From a virus, in the UHGV virus genome UHGV-0392655: DNA of 41,417 nucleotides; one strand, given 5' to 3'. Positions 11,501 through 18,402 of the stretch are shown piece after piece. The first letter of the stretch is position 1. The number at the start of each line of letters is the position of its first letter. Both the position numbers and the translations under genes were made by a program. The notes beneath the pieces are model-generated. The model made no database searches. It was not told where the DNA came from and was given only the letters and a program-made list of their open reading frames with translations.

Positions 11501-12504
11501 ATCGTCCTGGAAAACGGATTGGGCAGGCCACCCCAACTCAGGGAAGCGTCATTTTTGGAAACGTAACGTTCCCTCTCTTTGACATACGCGTCCGCAAGCT
11601 CTTTGGCCCGTCGCTCTACGGCCGCCTCCGGATGCAAATCAAAACCGCGCCCCCTCAGCCAATCAGCCGCATGCTGGACGGCCTGTCCCCAGGGAGTTCC
11701 ATACCCGCAATGCAACATCGCAAAATTTTCCTCCTCCGGAGTCAATTCTCCCGCCTTCCCCAGAGCCTCCAGAAAACCTTCCCCATTCATCATGGCGCGG
11801 ATAACAGGAACAGCCTTGGCCGCAAAACTCCTTCCCGCCTCCGCCTCCTTCTCCTGCGCCTTGAAAAATGGTTGTCTGCCCGCGTTCCACCTGTCCCATA
11901 CATCCCGGCTCCCGCGGATCCCCTCCGGGGCATCCACGGAAGACAAATACCGGATCATGGAATCCCCGTTCCTGTCTCCCGGCCGTGAATAAAACTCTTC
12001 CAGAACCTTCTCGCCGCGTACCCGGCTCTTATGTTCGTCCGGCACGGCCTCAAAAGCCCTGACCCACTCCTCGCCGTAAGCCTCCGCCGCCTTCTTCCTG
12101 GCCTCGGGGTGGGCCTTCCAATCCATCCCCAGCGCGTCCAGCCGTTCCACCTTCTGCTGATACTCCCTCCTCTCCCTCTCCCCCAGCGGACTGTCGTAAT
12201 TCTCCAGAGCCTGCCTCCGCTCCCACTTATCCAGCTCATTGGATAAGGCAACCCTCGCCGGGCCATCCTCCAGCGTATCGTAAACCGCCAAAGCCTCCTT
12301 AAAATCCAGACCGCTCCCAACAGGAGGCGGAGGCTCCACCATATCCATGGTCTTAAAACTCTGATGGGAAATCTCGCCGTAAGGCTCAAGCCCCGTGACG
12401 CGCCCGGCATCCTCCAGCTGCAGCCGGGGAGAAAACGCTTCCTCCCGCAGCCCCTCGGCAGGAACGCCTGCCAAACTGTTTTCGGAAAAAGAAAATTCAT
12501 TCAT
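2584..12504 (-). CDS. Giant (3306 aa) internal virion/ejection protein, large polyvalent protein-like. It carries two PARP-like ADP-ribosyltransferase catalytic cores and an HExxH zincin metallopeptidase motif, with long coiled-coil regions and hydrophobic C-terminal segments.
   Basis: Uninterrupted 9.9-kb ORF. 'VVYHGTYGDF...DYGIWGRGFYFTN...TEYIAFEP' (8040..8470) and 'ALHASPHSF...AYGWGLYFAEN' (6480..6910) match the PARP H-G-[ST]...Y-x-x-G-x-Y-F-A pattern. 'LLHEIQHAIQEYEGFAEGG' lies at about 7565..7640. Gene position after the internal virion proteins parallels T7 gp15/gp16. Confidence 0.7.
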   Translation of the reverse strand: MNEFSFSENSLAGVPAEGLREEAFSPRLQLEDAGRVTGLEPYGEISHQSFKTMDMVEPPPPVGSGLDFKEALAVYDTLEDGPARVALSNELDKWERRQALENYDSPLGERERREYQQKVERLDALGMDWKAHPEARKKAAEAYGEEWVRAFEAVPDEHKSRVRGEKVLEEFYSRPGDRNGDSMIRYLSSVDAPEGIRGSRDVWDRWNAGRQPFFKAQEKEAEAGRSFAAKAVPVIRAMMNGEGFLEALGKAGELTPEEENFAMLHCGYGTPWGQAVQHAADWLRGRGFDLHPEAAVERRAKELADAYVKERERYVSKNDASLSWGGLPNPFSRTMDDFRQEARDEMTGNITDANVFDFAKALLDLKTEDPMAAEAVIGLYKADAERLRNDSTLFVSPFNRTMRMMMESSSSLFEQLLLGDVREGDTVEWQPTGESFAPVVRDSEGKQAYRVLTPDQNEMISQIRAMKAEIAESPDGAWWIRRQFDGLGRMAAQTSFFLATRGMGTFASVANDRMEELRAQGVSPLESLIRGGIAGGTEVLVERLGGESLFKTLRFLGRKMPFAGKFAGYMGSATDMMKRGLYGNAALRYGVASLAAGGSEWMEEFIQPTLQAPLDAGLARLFGSGNGMTVEDWKELLRGAADPDLGFQMLMFGAVVGGAQIPAFAREARVSRVGAPQIEGLGIDRAEAERIASIVDPVEKSREIFQAALSMSDRAAQLESVRQGFSAMKEDFSWLARQEAYQAEVELLNLPRVEDLGDGSWRFTTTVRDAEGQESYDVLELSEQDATARMQALLHDGIRLRMLEAQQAFAVDRTIDQLSQSGKYVFEDMGRAETVETARKLAEAARLRIAEGADVNAEAQDLGTRMTYGQAAGMGSSFEERVKLGVARGEVSASRRVHSNAYRVAMRNGQTLIRFHKGEVTVPELLEEVLETHLTEDMENTKHSLDWYANNLRALQDALRKEGYLSKRKDLIRKDGEVSVKDVVEGMSMLAKGDVLARAADMRLPQWMKDFLQMVRQWVSSAKALLDLGTGLHEMERRRLAGESVPIDADFAQMVHALSNSLESYWMQEGARQGEADVQRIVEEVGGSGVSMSLAEDSSVSFSLVSIPSGEVITTAAEMRARLKPLQGKVFVNKNTGIQAVIEARVSGKTVGKAGAAQMSVANLKALGFSAEEARRVHYTATARIHELFENAEDGFFEEAYKQDASKAGAYHFFNTVDIEGIGAFDVNVTAIKYVKEQEGNVLYTLELTIENPAARGAASREGRLPTPFKDGVSTRNLSSYRSFVEKEKASIRKKVVADGTFMKAPNGKETNLTEDQWLSVRTAAFKNWFGDWEHDPENASKVVDENGEPRVVYHGTYGDFTVFDKARIGSATDYGIWGRGFYFTNMENTPYGNKKLALFLNFRNPFIFNDYKSAEEIGDYLNIWDGNFHEDDRFGIFRPYARGAAQIAGSAQERGHDGLIAVLGKWTEYIAFEPNQIKSATDNRGTFDPKNPDITFSVIGPNAATWGKYADKAFAGRDDGKLRAEIDASQAQLKTAPGMPYLSRLDLLAEDIRYLKNPRKEGVLSDYLDYSELYDAYPRLKKMSVYVFKDRNRQEAGWYDPQDDSIAINLSSLGPLWNQRSTLLHEIQHAIQEYEGFAEGGDSGFAERVLTYQRNRITGDIIAKTRRRSWLLARDAALDALGRIRRLIRNPKAIKKMSERFAVHEVMDVDVMARQAIELLLKEYNKLVAQDAEYGKLTMGKDAEGCELPICYAGMLLRGGVNVDAVTIEQIDRQIEMVKATVSRKMRFPGEEKRIWQELEKLYRGKEAVVRQLKDLEPFDLYQRLAGEIEARNVEKRRDMTAREREAVPFNDTLEFPGEAIVAFSIASAQEQGLFHDGHFEAGNAVITEPGVTFSITALHASPHSFRKFSTDFMGKGEGAQAYGWGLYFAENPKVNRSYMNQFAQDKATWKFREVETGVIEVMQRSLVGSFLPKDALPEAKEDASDIAWSVLGDLVDAARGSMTVLDIVMELHDEIDTNRKYAETYPQEREKLEQLEGFMLSLLDHLDEIEVRTGMPSNYRVELNVEDSELMGWDYVDETVLALLKDSPVEEVRYALERAERRADYRGENVSGKDVYQELFDAFWDGEDGTKQEAQKAASVSLLSSDIKGIKYADGYTRNKAEEEQTYNYVIFDGNDIKITAFADESTGGAWADYEDPTATFSLSEGFPRRVSRGTQNLEVVHRIAANLRADAATWGRYDGKTDEAAFLVNVGRNVALVKSALMHLPAGYRVAVKPYIDRLQILAELAAKGKIDETRMVNAFARREIKREMAEATREGMEEAEITARVTAAGTAWEKGKKPTQKFAKEVFEDEMEKVRKAWAEKRLHELMAEVMEKAAGKLEALAKDGVSAGMARMLDQVLTIRKKNGKQQKGKVSMEAYAYLTDQVVPLLRMTAMEKEAAMNEAAAELDKLEKENPDQMDGEAVSRMEELREELTRLALYGNLEGMSVDEAQAAAKALEIYINTEKEGWAAVQEAAAERLNAIGRRIVERFNQTGKKADENTLRAANEKFHGKVSFKNFGDFMENMDQLLTRMGTMPALQEFTTDMRSRLTNAFQQMRDARGLRAAAVQDLYEKHLTEKVMKARKVGNMAGWVTWFKTSHDTKVRLNGWITQTARLTLEQAREVREMDARQRKEFIRKRWEEGMEYFSEETLDLLLARLREHEEAAARARAEGRRPVYRKYVTAKASFKGEEGSPLVLSRDNALYLVLQSEQEDYREMMKQQGYTPEVISALREYVGEEGMAIGYGLRELLKAQGDKIGKLYEQVTGVPFPRVENYFPARFWALDAMSDADAADMISGVPSTKGGNQGWQRVRTKHHRRLDTSVGALSVFWEATDMTDHWYYTQDITADFRGLLRRREVAESLVANLGKDDFVRLRRWVDLLERAGVVQGQAVGSLDKLLNAVYSGQAKAILAFRFETLMKQGAAVLNAWIGDPSIGFWDYLGTMAKMRNGTAEMGVIKMMKSAEFQARLNDRVDVETLSRLRDDSSYTLAEAALVWGMNGIEYTDVFFNAVGSAALWNIKYRQAVKAGVEEGRAKDEAWQAVRNALHSAQPQTWIDKSFGGLHRGAWGRAIFYMMSENHNKTAAIYGLARAGFAPGVTPKQRWASLSKAGKVWLAYGAFNAIIGAMLDYMKDDEEEWEKRDWQGYLFAALAGPIAGMPLVGEAVEWLFSELLGSKVYTGSAGRALIDFRSGWNAAWKLGEIMQEGGHEAGDYMKQVIRLGRVFGAAGGIASGMANKTIQTAGQYMTLGAALMNPVKTVADVID

Positions 12505-12524
12505 AACGTGTTAAAAATAAAAAA

Positions 12525-15125
12525 TTAAAGAGAACTGCGATACTTGCGTACGCCCTTCACCCAATGCTGATTGAGATTCCGGGGGTCATTATCCGCTCCA
12601 ATGGGCGCGTAAACGGCTCCGATTTGCTCAATAGTGGTTAACCCTTTATCAAAATAATTCCTTTTGAGATTCCTCATGCCGTAATCAATCCCCTCTTCCA
12701 CAGAACCAAATGAACGGGGCCCGCCGCCATTCGGACTGATGCCCATGGAATTATTCTTATTCCGGAAAGCGGAGCTCGTCCCCTTGCCGGTTTCGAGCAT
12801 AGCAATAGCCATGCCAATCTTCACCTGGTCCGGCGTCATGCCATACTTCCTCCCGGCGTCAATAAACGCCTGCCCGTAAGGAGCCAGCCCACCCAAAGCG
12901 GACTTATTCAACTTCACGCTCTTCCCGGCGGGAAGGGCCGCCTCCTGCTCCTTCATCAGCTGGTCTGGATCCCCCTTGATAATCCTCATATCCACAGCAT
13001 AAGACCTGCCTTTATCGTAGAAGCCCTCTCTGGCGACGGCATAAGTCATCACAGGAACATCCCCCTCGCACGCGCCCACAATGCGGAAACGGCGGAAATG
13101 ATCATTATCGAACGTCGCTTCCACCACACAATTCTTTAATCCGTTGCCATAAAGGGCATCTTGACTCTCGTGGAGCTGTTTGGCATACGATGTAGCAGTC
13201 TCCGGAGAATCGAACACGCCGAGATGCTTGCCTGTCCTCCTGAACTGTTCCACAGCATCGTCATCGGAAAGAACCTTGCCGTCCTCGGAAACGGTCGGAA
13301 TCAGATACTCTTTCCCGTCCATCCCCACGGAAATGGAACGCACGGTGCTGATGGTTCCATCGGCATTGTGGACGACAGGACGGTTCAACAAATCAATGTT
13401 GCCGGGCTCAATCATGCCTTTGGCGCGGGCAGGAGATAAACGCTCAATCATCTTCCTGGGCAGCAAAACGCCGGCGGGCAAATCCTTCCGGGAGGAATCG
13501 AACCCCAGGCGCACGCGCTGCATGGGCGCCTCCCTCTCCGTGGAATCCACCCAAAACTTCCGGACATTCTTTGCCGCCCACTGGTAAAACTTCGTATGCT
13601 GTGCATCTCTGGCGCTTTCAATACGGGAATCCATCAGATCCACCCCTTTATCCACAAAAGAAACATCCCTGTTCCCGGTAATCTCCCGGACAGTATCGAT
13701 CAGCTTCACCTGCTGCTCCGCCTGGGAAGCATCCTTGCCTTCGGTTGTTCGCCAGGAATGGAACCGCTCGGAAACCTGGGCGCGCAATCCGGCGGCATGA
13801 TTCGCCCGCGCGTACGCCATATACTTATCCCTGGCTTTTTCGGGTGTCTCCGTTCCCGTCAACCCCAGCTGCCCCATAAACTCGTCGCGGAACTTCCCGC
13901 CGGATTCCCATCCATCCTCATTGCTGTAAGGCTGATTCTCCGCGTTGAACGCTCCCTGATTCAGCAACGCTCCCCGCTTCTCCAGCAAATCCAGGCGCCC
14001 TTTAACATCAATCGTGGGCGTCTTCAACTCCTTGCGCATCCTGTCCGCATCCCCCCACTGGCGGGACAGCCACTCCTTATCCAGCCCAAACCGGGAATAC
14101 TTTTGGATAAAGGCATCCCGAGCCACCTCGCTCTGCTCCTCTGACAAAGAAGGATTAAACGCCCTTGCCTCCTCGGCGGCCGCGGCGGCAATCTGCGGGC
14201 GCGCCTCGTCCGCTCTCCCCGCTTGAAAAGCGCGGATCCATCCGCACTCTCTGGCCGTGTAAAACCCGGTCCACTCCGGGCCGTCATCCTTCGTTCCGGA
14301 CGTACCTTTGCCCTTCTTGCGCGTCAAAACAAAGGAACTGAAAAAACTGTCCGCGGCGGCTGGCCTTGCCTTCCTGGCCAAATTCCGGCGCATCTCGCCA
14401 CATTCATACGGAGCAAACAAACTCTGACAATAATCGCTATCCAGAAAATCATAAGCGCCTCCCGGGTTAGTCGCGGCCAGGTTCTCAAAATGATGGAGGG
14501 AAGCCGTCTTCCTCCCTCTCAATAAACGCAGCTCACCTTCGTCACGGGAAATCGTGCCGGAAGCTACGGCGTCATCAACAGACCTCTCGTAACCGCCCCA
14601 ATCCTGCTTCTCCTCGGCCAGCTTCAAACTCGTATCGAAAGCCTGTCTGGCAACGCCCAGCTGATGTTTGGCAGCCAGCCCCCAATAACGTTCCGGCAGG
14701 CTTGACCTCACGGAAGCCCTGACAGCCTCCGCCTTCATGGCGCTCTCCGGGTGGAAAAAACTGCCACCCAGCGCGTCAATCTTCTGGCCGAACTCGTAAG
14801 CCAAATCTTTCAGCTTCCCCTGCCGGATGGAACCGTCCTTCTCAAAAACGCTCTCCTTCGTGCCCGGCGCGAAAGCCAGCATCCTGGAAAACTTCGCGTC
14901 GGACTCGTCCCTGATGCGTCGCAGCTCCACCTCCTGCCGCTGCATCTCCCCGAAATCGGAAATCCTGGCAAACGCCTCCGCGCTCCCCTGAACCGCCTCT
15001 TCGGCCTTCTGGACGGACGCGCCCAGCACCTGGCCCTGATCGCCATTGGCAGCCCGTGCCGCGACGCCGGGATCAGCCTTGGCCGTCTGCAGGGACGGCC
15101 CGCCGTATAAAGAAAACTCGCTCAT
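12525..15125 (-). CDS. Internal virion protein (866 aa) with a C-terminal peptidoglycan hydrolase (FlgJ-like glucosaminidase/muramidase) domain.
   Basis: C-terminus '[25 protein letters not shown]' matches the glucosaminidase family motif (A..ESGWG.S.LA...NN.FGIK). Analogous to the lytic transglycosylase domain of T7 gp16. Confidence 0.6.
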   Translation of the reverse strand: MSEFSLYGGPSLQTAKADPGVAARAANGDQGQVLGASVQKAEEAVQGSAEAFARISDFGEMQRQEVELRRIRDESDAKFSRMLAFAPGTKESVFEKDGSIRQGKLKDLAYEFGQKIDALGGSFFHPESAMKAEAVRASVRSSLPERYWGLAAKHQLGVARQAFDTSLKLAEEKQDWGGYERSVDDAVASGTISRDEGELRLLRGRKTASLHHFENLAATNPGGAYDFLDSDYCQSLFAPYECGEMRRNLARKARPAAADSFFSSFVLTRKKGKGTSGTKDDGPEWTGFYTARECGWIRAFQAGRADEARPQIAAAAAEEARAFNPSLSEEQSEVARDAFIQKYSRFGLDKEWLSRQWGDADRMRKELKTPTIDVKGRLDLLEKRGALLNQGAFNAENQPYSNEDGWESGGKFRDEFMGQLGLTGTETPEKARDKYMAYARANHAAGLRAQVSERFHSWRTTEGKDASQAEQQVKLIDTVREITGNRDVSFVDKGVDLMDSRIESARDAQHTKFYQWAAKNVRKFWVDSTEREAPMQRVRLGFDSSRKDLPAGVLLPRKMIERLSPARAKGMIEPGNIDLLNRPVVHNADGTISTVRSISVGMDGKEYLIPTVSEDGKVLSDDDAVEQFRRTGKHLGVFDSPETATSYAKQLHESQDALYGNGLKNCVVEATFDNDHFRRFRIVGACEGDVPVMTYAVAREGFYDKGRSYAVDMRIIKGDPDQLMKEQEAALPAGKSVKLNKSALGGLAPYGQAFIDAGRKYGMTPDQVKIGMAIAMLETGKGTSSAFRNKNNSMGISPNGGGPRSFGSVEEGIDYGMRNLKRNYFDKGLTTIEQIGAVYAPIGADNDPRNLNQHWVKGVRKYRSSL

Positions 15126-15475
15126 CGTGATATAAAACCGGTAAGTTGATCAATGGAAAAAACATGCACCTTCGGCCCGCGCAAAAACCTCTGCCAGGCC
15201 ACATGCGTAAAACCTCTGCGGGAAAACTGCCGGGCCAGCCGGGCCAGCTCGCGCGGCTCCCCGGCCGCCCACCACACAAACAAGCACCTCTCCGGAAGAT
15301 CCGGCATGCCCACAGGAGGAAAACACAACTCACCCAGCCTCTCGGAGGGCAGAGCCAGGCACACCTCCTCCGGGGAAACGAACGCCAGCCCCAGGGACGC
15401 GCAATCCTTCACATCCGTCCACAAATCCCGGCCCACCTCCGCATAAGCGCTCACGGTCGCATCAAACGCATTCAT
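15122..15475 (-). CDS. Hypothetical virion protein (117 aa). Start taken at [11 protein letters not shown], forming an ATGA overlap with the upstream gene.
   Basis: ORF in the structural operon. The 4-nt start/stop overlap pattern recurs throughout this genome. Confidence 0.4.
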   Translation of the reverse strand: MNAFDATVSAYAEVGRDLWTDVKDCASLGLAFVSPEEVCLALPSERLGELCFPPVGMPDLPERCLFVWWAAGEPRELARLARQFSRRGFTHVAWQRFLRGPKVHVFSIDQLTGFISR

Positions 15476-16167
15476 CGCCACACGCTCCTGTAAGGATTCC
15501 ACTTCTGGCCGCCCAGGTAATCGTAAAAAGAAAACCCGCTCTTCTCCGGACTCGCCGCCCAAGACCCCAGCGTCATCATCCCCTGGCGGGGATCCGCCGT
15601 AGACCCGGGAAACACGCTCCCGGCCAAACCGCCCAGATTATAACCGGCAAAAGCCCCCTGGGCGGCCGTCGTCGAACCGAAAGCCCCCATTCCGGCGCCA
15701 ATGCCGCCGATCAAAGCCCCGCCAAGCTGAAGCCCCGTGGACACCAGGGCCCCGGAAGCGGCGGACTTATAAGCCGCCGCCTGATTCTGCGCGCTCACCA
15801 GCGCGGAATCCCCCTCCCAGCGCTGCATCGCCGCCTCATGGCGCTTGCTCTGGTCGCTGATCGCCGCGCCCAGGGACAAATCGGAAATCTGCTTCTCCAG
15901 CACTTCGGCCGCGGCAAGCTCCGCCTGGCTGCCGGCCCCCTCGGAAGTAAACCCGGAAGCGCCCCTCCCAGCCCGCACGGAAGCCGTGGCGGCCGTCTGA
16001 TTGCGCCTGGCTGTCGCCATATTCTCGGCGGCAAGACGCAAAGCGGAAGCGGACTCCGCCTCGGTATTGGCCGCATTCACATACGCGGCATCCCGCGCCG
16101 CCCGTCCCTGTGCCAGCGCGCTCTTCGCGTTGGCCCTGTTCGTCGCATAAGAACCGATACTGCCCAT
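15472..16167 (-). CDS. Ala/Gly-rich internal virion protein with a glycine-zipper-like hydrophobic segment (membrane-inserting, gp14-like).
   Basis: 231 aa. 'GLQLGGALIGGIGAGMGAFGSTTAAQGAFAGYNLGGLAGSVF' hydrophobic Gly-rich stretch. Position is next to the other ejection proteins. Confidence 0.45.
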   Translation of the reverse strand: MGSIGSYATNRANAKSALAQGRAARDAAYVNAANTEAESASALRLAAENMATARRNQTAATASVRAGRGASGFTSEGAGSQAELAAAEVLEKQISDLSLGAAISDQSKRHEAAMQRWEGDSALVSAQNQAAAYKSAASGALVSTGLQLGGALIGGIGAGMGAFGSTTAAQGAFAGYNLGGLAGSVFPGSTADPRQGMMTLGSWAASPEKSGFSFYDYLGGQKWNPYRSVWR

Positions 16168-16171
16168 AACC

Positions 16172-16717
16172 CTACAAAATGGAACGATCCAAAATATCCT
16201 TCAGCGGATGCTGGTCATTGCTCCCGCGCTGGCTCACATCGTGATACAGGGCGTCGGCAACATACCCCCTGTACAACTCCAAAAACACGCCCACATTCTG
16301 CGGCTTGCCCGTCACCGTGGCCGCCACCTTGGAAGCCAGCAAACACTTCACGGCCTCCACAAACAAAGGCTCATGATCCGGCAGCATCTCTGCCAAAGCC
16401 GCCTCATTGGACAAAAACCGCACCTGCAGCAGGGAAGGAGCTTCCTCGCAAATCACCACGCGGCCGGCCATGCGCCAGCGCCTGGCCTCCACCTTCAACA
16501 ACTTCAGGCAATCCTCCGGCAGCGGAAACCGGCCGTTCCCCTCCGGGCACGCCAGCACGGCCTCCTTCGTGGCAAACGACCACGGGCCATAGGAAACGGC
16601 CTCCAGCATCACGGAAGGAAACCACAACTCGCAAGCCCTGGCCGCCGGGGAATCCATCACAAACTCCTGATCCCCCAGCAGGGAAAGGCACTGTGAAAAA
16701 AACGTCAGCTTATCCAT
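16172..16717 (-). CDS. Hypothetical structural protein (181 aa). Start taken at MDKLTFF.
   Basis: The ORF follows late-promoter motif copy 1 at the conserved spacing. Confidence 0.4.
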   Translation of the reverse strand: MDKLTFFSQCLSLLGDQEFVMDSPAARACELWFPSVMLEAVSYGPWSFATKEAVLACPEGNGRFPLPEDCLKLLKVEARRWRMAGRVVICEEAPSLLQVRFLSNEAALAEMLPDHEPLFVEAVKCLLASKVAATVTGKPQNVGVFLELYRGYVADALYHDVSQRGSNDQHPLKDILDRSIL

Positions 16718-16749
16718 TCCCCAACAATCGCATGAGGGCGGACTTCCTT

Positions 16750-16782
16750 CAAGTTGGCGAGAATCAATGTTTCTATCCCTGC
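16750..16782 (-). promoter_or_regulatory. Conserved late-operon motif, copy 1. Coding-strand sense: GCAGGGATAGAAACATTGATTCTCGCCAACTTG.
   Basis: One of five copies. The CAACTTG end lies 33 nt upstream of the ATG at 16717. Confidence 0.55.
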
Positions 16783-16788
16783 CGCATC

Positions 16789-18402
16789 TCAATAAAGCAT
16801 CCCCTCCAGAGCGTCGGGGCGTCTGTGAGGCCTCTTCACCTTCTCCGGCTCCCCGGCATGACCGGACACCAGGCCGCGGCTCACCGCCTCGGCAAACGTC
16901 CGGGCGGCATCCGCGCCATGGGAACAGGCGTCATGAAGCGGCATCTCCCGCACGCACCCGTTGGACCCCGGCGGCAAACTGCGGTAATACTCCAGGGACC
17001 CCACCCCGGAAACATACTTCTGCCCGTCAATCTCCGGGCGCCGGTTGCAGCGCTCATGAAACACGCAAAAACGCAGCATATTCCGCAGCGCGTTAATCCC
17101 GGTCCAGATATCGGACGTGCGCGGCACAATCGCCGTGCGGAACCCGGCCCGCTGCAGCACGGACTCAAAAGACGTCTTGGAAAAATCCCTTCTGGCCGCA
17201 TCGTGCGGCAGCAGGTGCAGGGCGACAGGCCCGAACTCCCTCTCCCTCATCCGGATCTGCCCCACGTAATAATCAACCGCCTGATTATTCCCGGCAATAT
17301 AATCCAGCGCGTAATACCTGCCGCCCACCACCTGCCAAAGCCAAATCGCCATAAAATCGCTCAACCCCAAATCCCAGGAAGCATAAATCGGAGCCACGTC
17401 ATCCACTTCAAACTCGGCGGCGATCCTCCCCTCGGCCCGCAGGGCAGAAATCCACCTCCCGTAAATAGCCCCCTCCACGGACGTCTGCAAAGCCTCCTCC
17501 GGCACGGTGGGAAACTCCTGCTTCACCTCCGCCCCGTTAATCCTGTACTGGGTAGCGTACCACGCCTTCTGCCCCTCGGACAACTCAATCCCGTAACGCC
17601 TCTTCAAATCGGAAAAATAATCCCGCAAAAAATCATCCAGCCTCGGCTCCACCCCCTCCAGGCAATACTCCCGATGCTGGATCCAGGAAAAAAAGAAAAA
17701 CCTGAAATCCAGGCTGGAAAGAGGCTTGCCCACCATCTCCATAGCCTGCTCCATCAACTGGTAAGCCAGCCCGGCCTTCCCTCCCTCGTGGGTGGACTCC
17801 ATCACCACCACGCAGCTCTTGCCAACGGTATTCAACGCGCCCGTGCGGATCTTCCTGGCCCTGGCCGGATCATGCAGCGCCGTATAGGAAAACTCGGAAA
17901 TATGCAAAAACTGGAGAGTGGACCCGCGCAAATTAACCCCTACATCAACAGACCCGTTCGTGGACCAGGCCATGCGGGTGGCCCTCTTCTCCACCACAGC
18001 GCACCCCTCCTTAACCATCCTCCCCAAAGCAGCCAGCGCCCGGTCCTCCATCGTCGGATTCTCCGGCAAAAAATCCAAATGCTCATAAGCAAAAGCAATC
18101 TTGCGCAGCTTGGCCTCCCCGTCCTCCAGCGTCTTATCAATAATCCCGCAATGCTGATTCCTCCCAAACAGGCAAAGATCCAGCATATAAATGGCGCAAA
18201 ACGTAGAAATCCCCAGCTGGCGCACCTTCAAAATCGTATTGCGGAACCAAAGCCCGTGAAAAAGCTCCTCCTGGGCCCAATTCGGGCGGAAGCGCACCAT
18301 CCGGCCCTCCTTATCCTCAATCCAATACAAATGATTAAGGCGCCACCACCTGTCGGCCAGCAGCTCCTTCCAATCCGGTCTCGTCTTCGCAGGCTCCGTC
18401 AT
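16789..18402 (-). CDS. terL: Terminase large subunit.
   Basis: 537 aa. N-terminal ATPase region with 'RFRPNWAQEELFHGLWFRNTILKVRQLGISTF' and a C-terminal nuclease-like region, typical of TerL. Confidence 0.8.
   Translation of the reverse strand: MTEPAKTRPDWKELLADRWWRLNHLYWIEDKEGRMVRFRPNWAQEELFHGLWFRNTILKVRQLGISTFCAIYMLDLCLFGRNQHCGIIDKTLEDGEAKLRKIAFAYEHLDFLPENPTMEDRALAALGRMVKEGCAVVEKRATRMAWSTNGSVDVGVNLRGSTLQFLHISEFSYTALHDPARARKIRTGALNTVGKSCVVVMESTHEGGKAGLAYQLMEQAMEMVGKPLSSLDFRFFFFSWIQHREYCLEGVEPRLDDFLRDYFSDLKRRYGIELSEGQKAWYATQYRINGAEVKQEFPTVPEEALQTSVEGAIYGRWISALRAEGRIAAEFEVDDVAPIYASWDLGLSDFMAIWLWQVVGGRYYALDYIAGNNQAVDYYVGQIRMREREFGPVALHLLPHDAARRDFSKTSFESVLQRAGFRTAIVPRTSDIWTGINALRNMLRFCVFHERCNRRPEIDGQKYVSGVGSLEYYRSLPPGSNGCVREMPLHDACSHGADAARTFAEAVSRGLVSGHAGEPEKVKRPHRRPDALEGMLY

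Noticed and set aside
2584-12504. Giant protein as a crAss-like virion RNA polymerase.
   Set aside because: No DxDGD / NADFDGD-type catalytic aspartate triad was found (the nearest match is FDGND). The recognisable motifs are ART-like and zincin-like instead.
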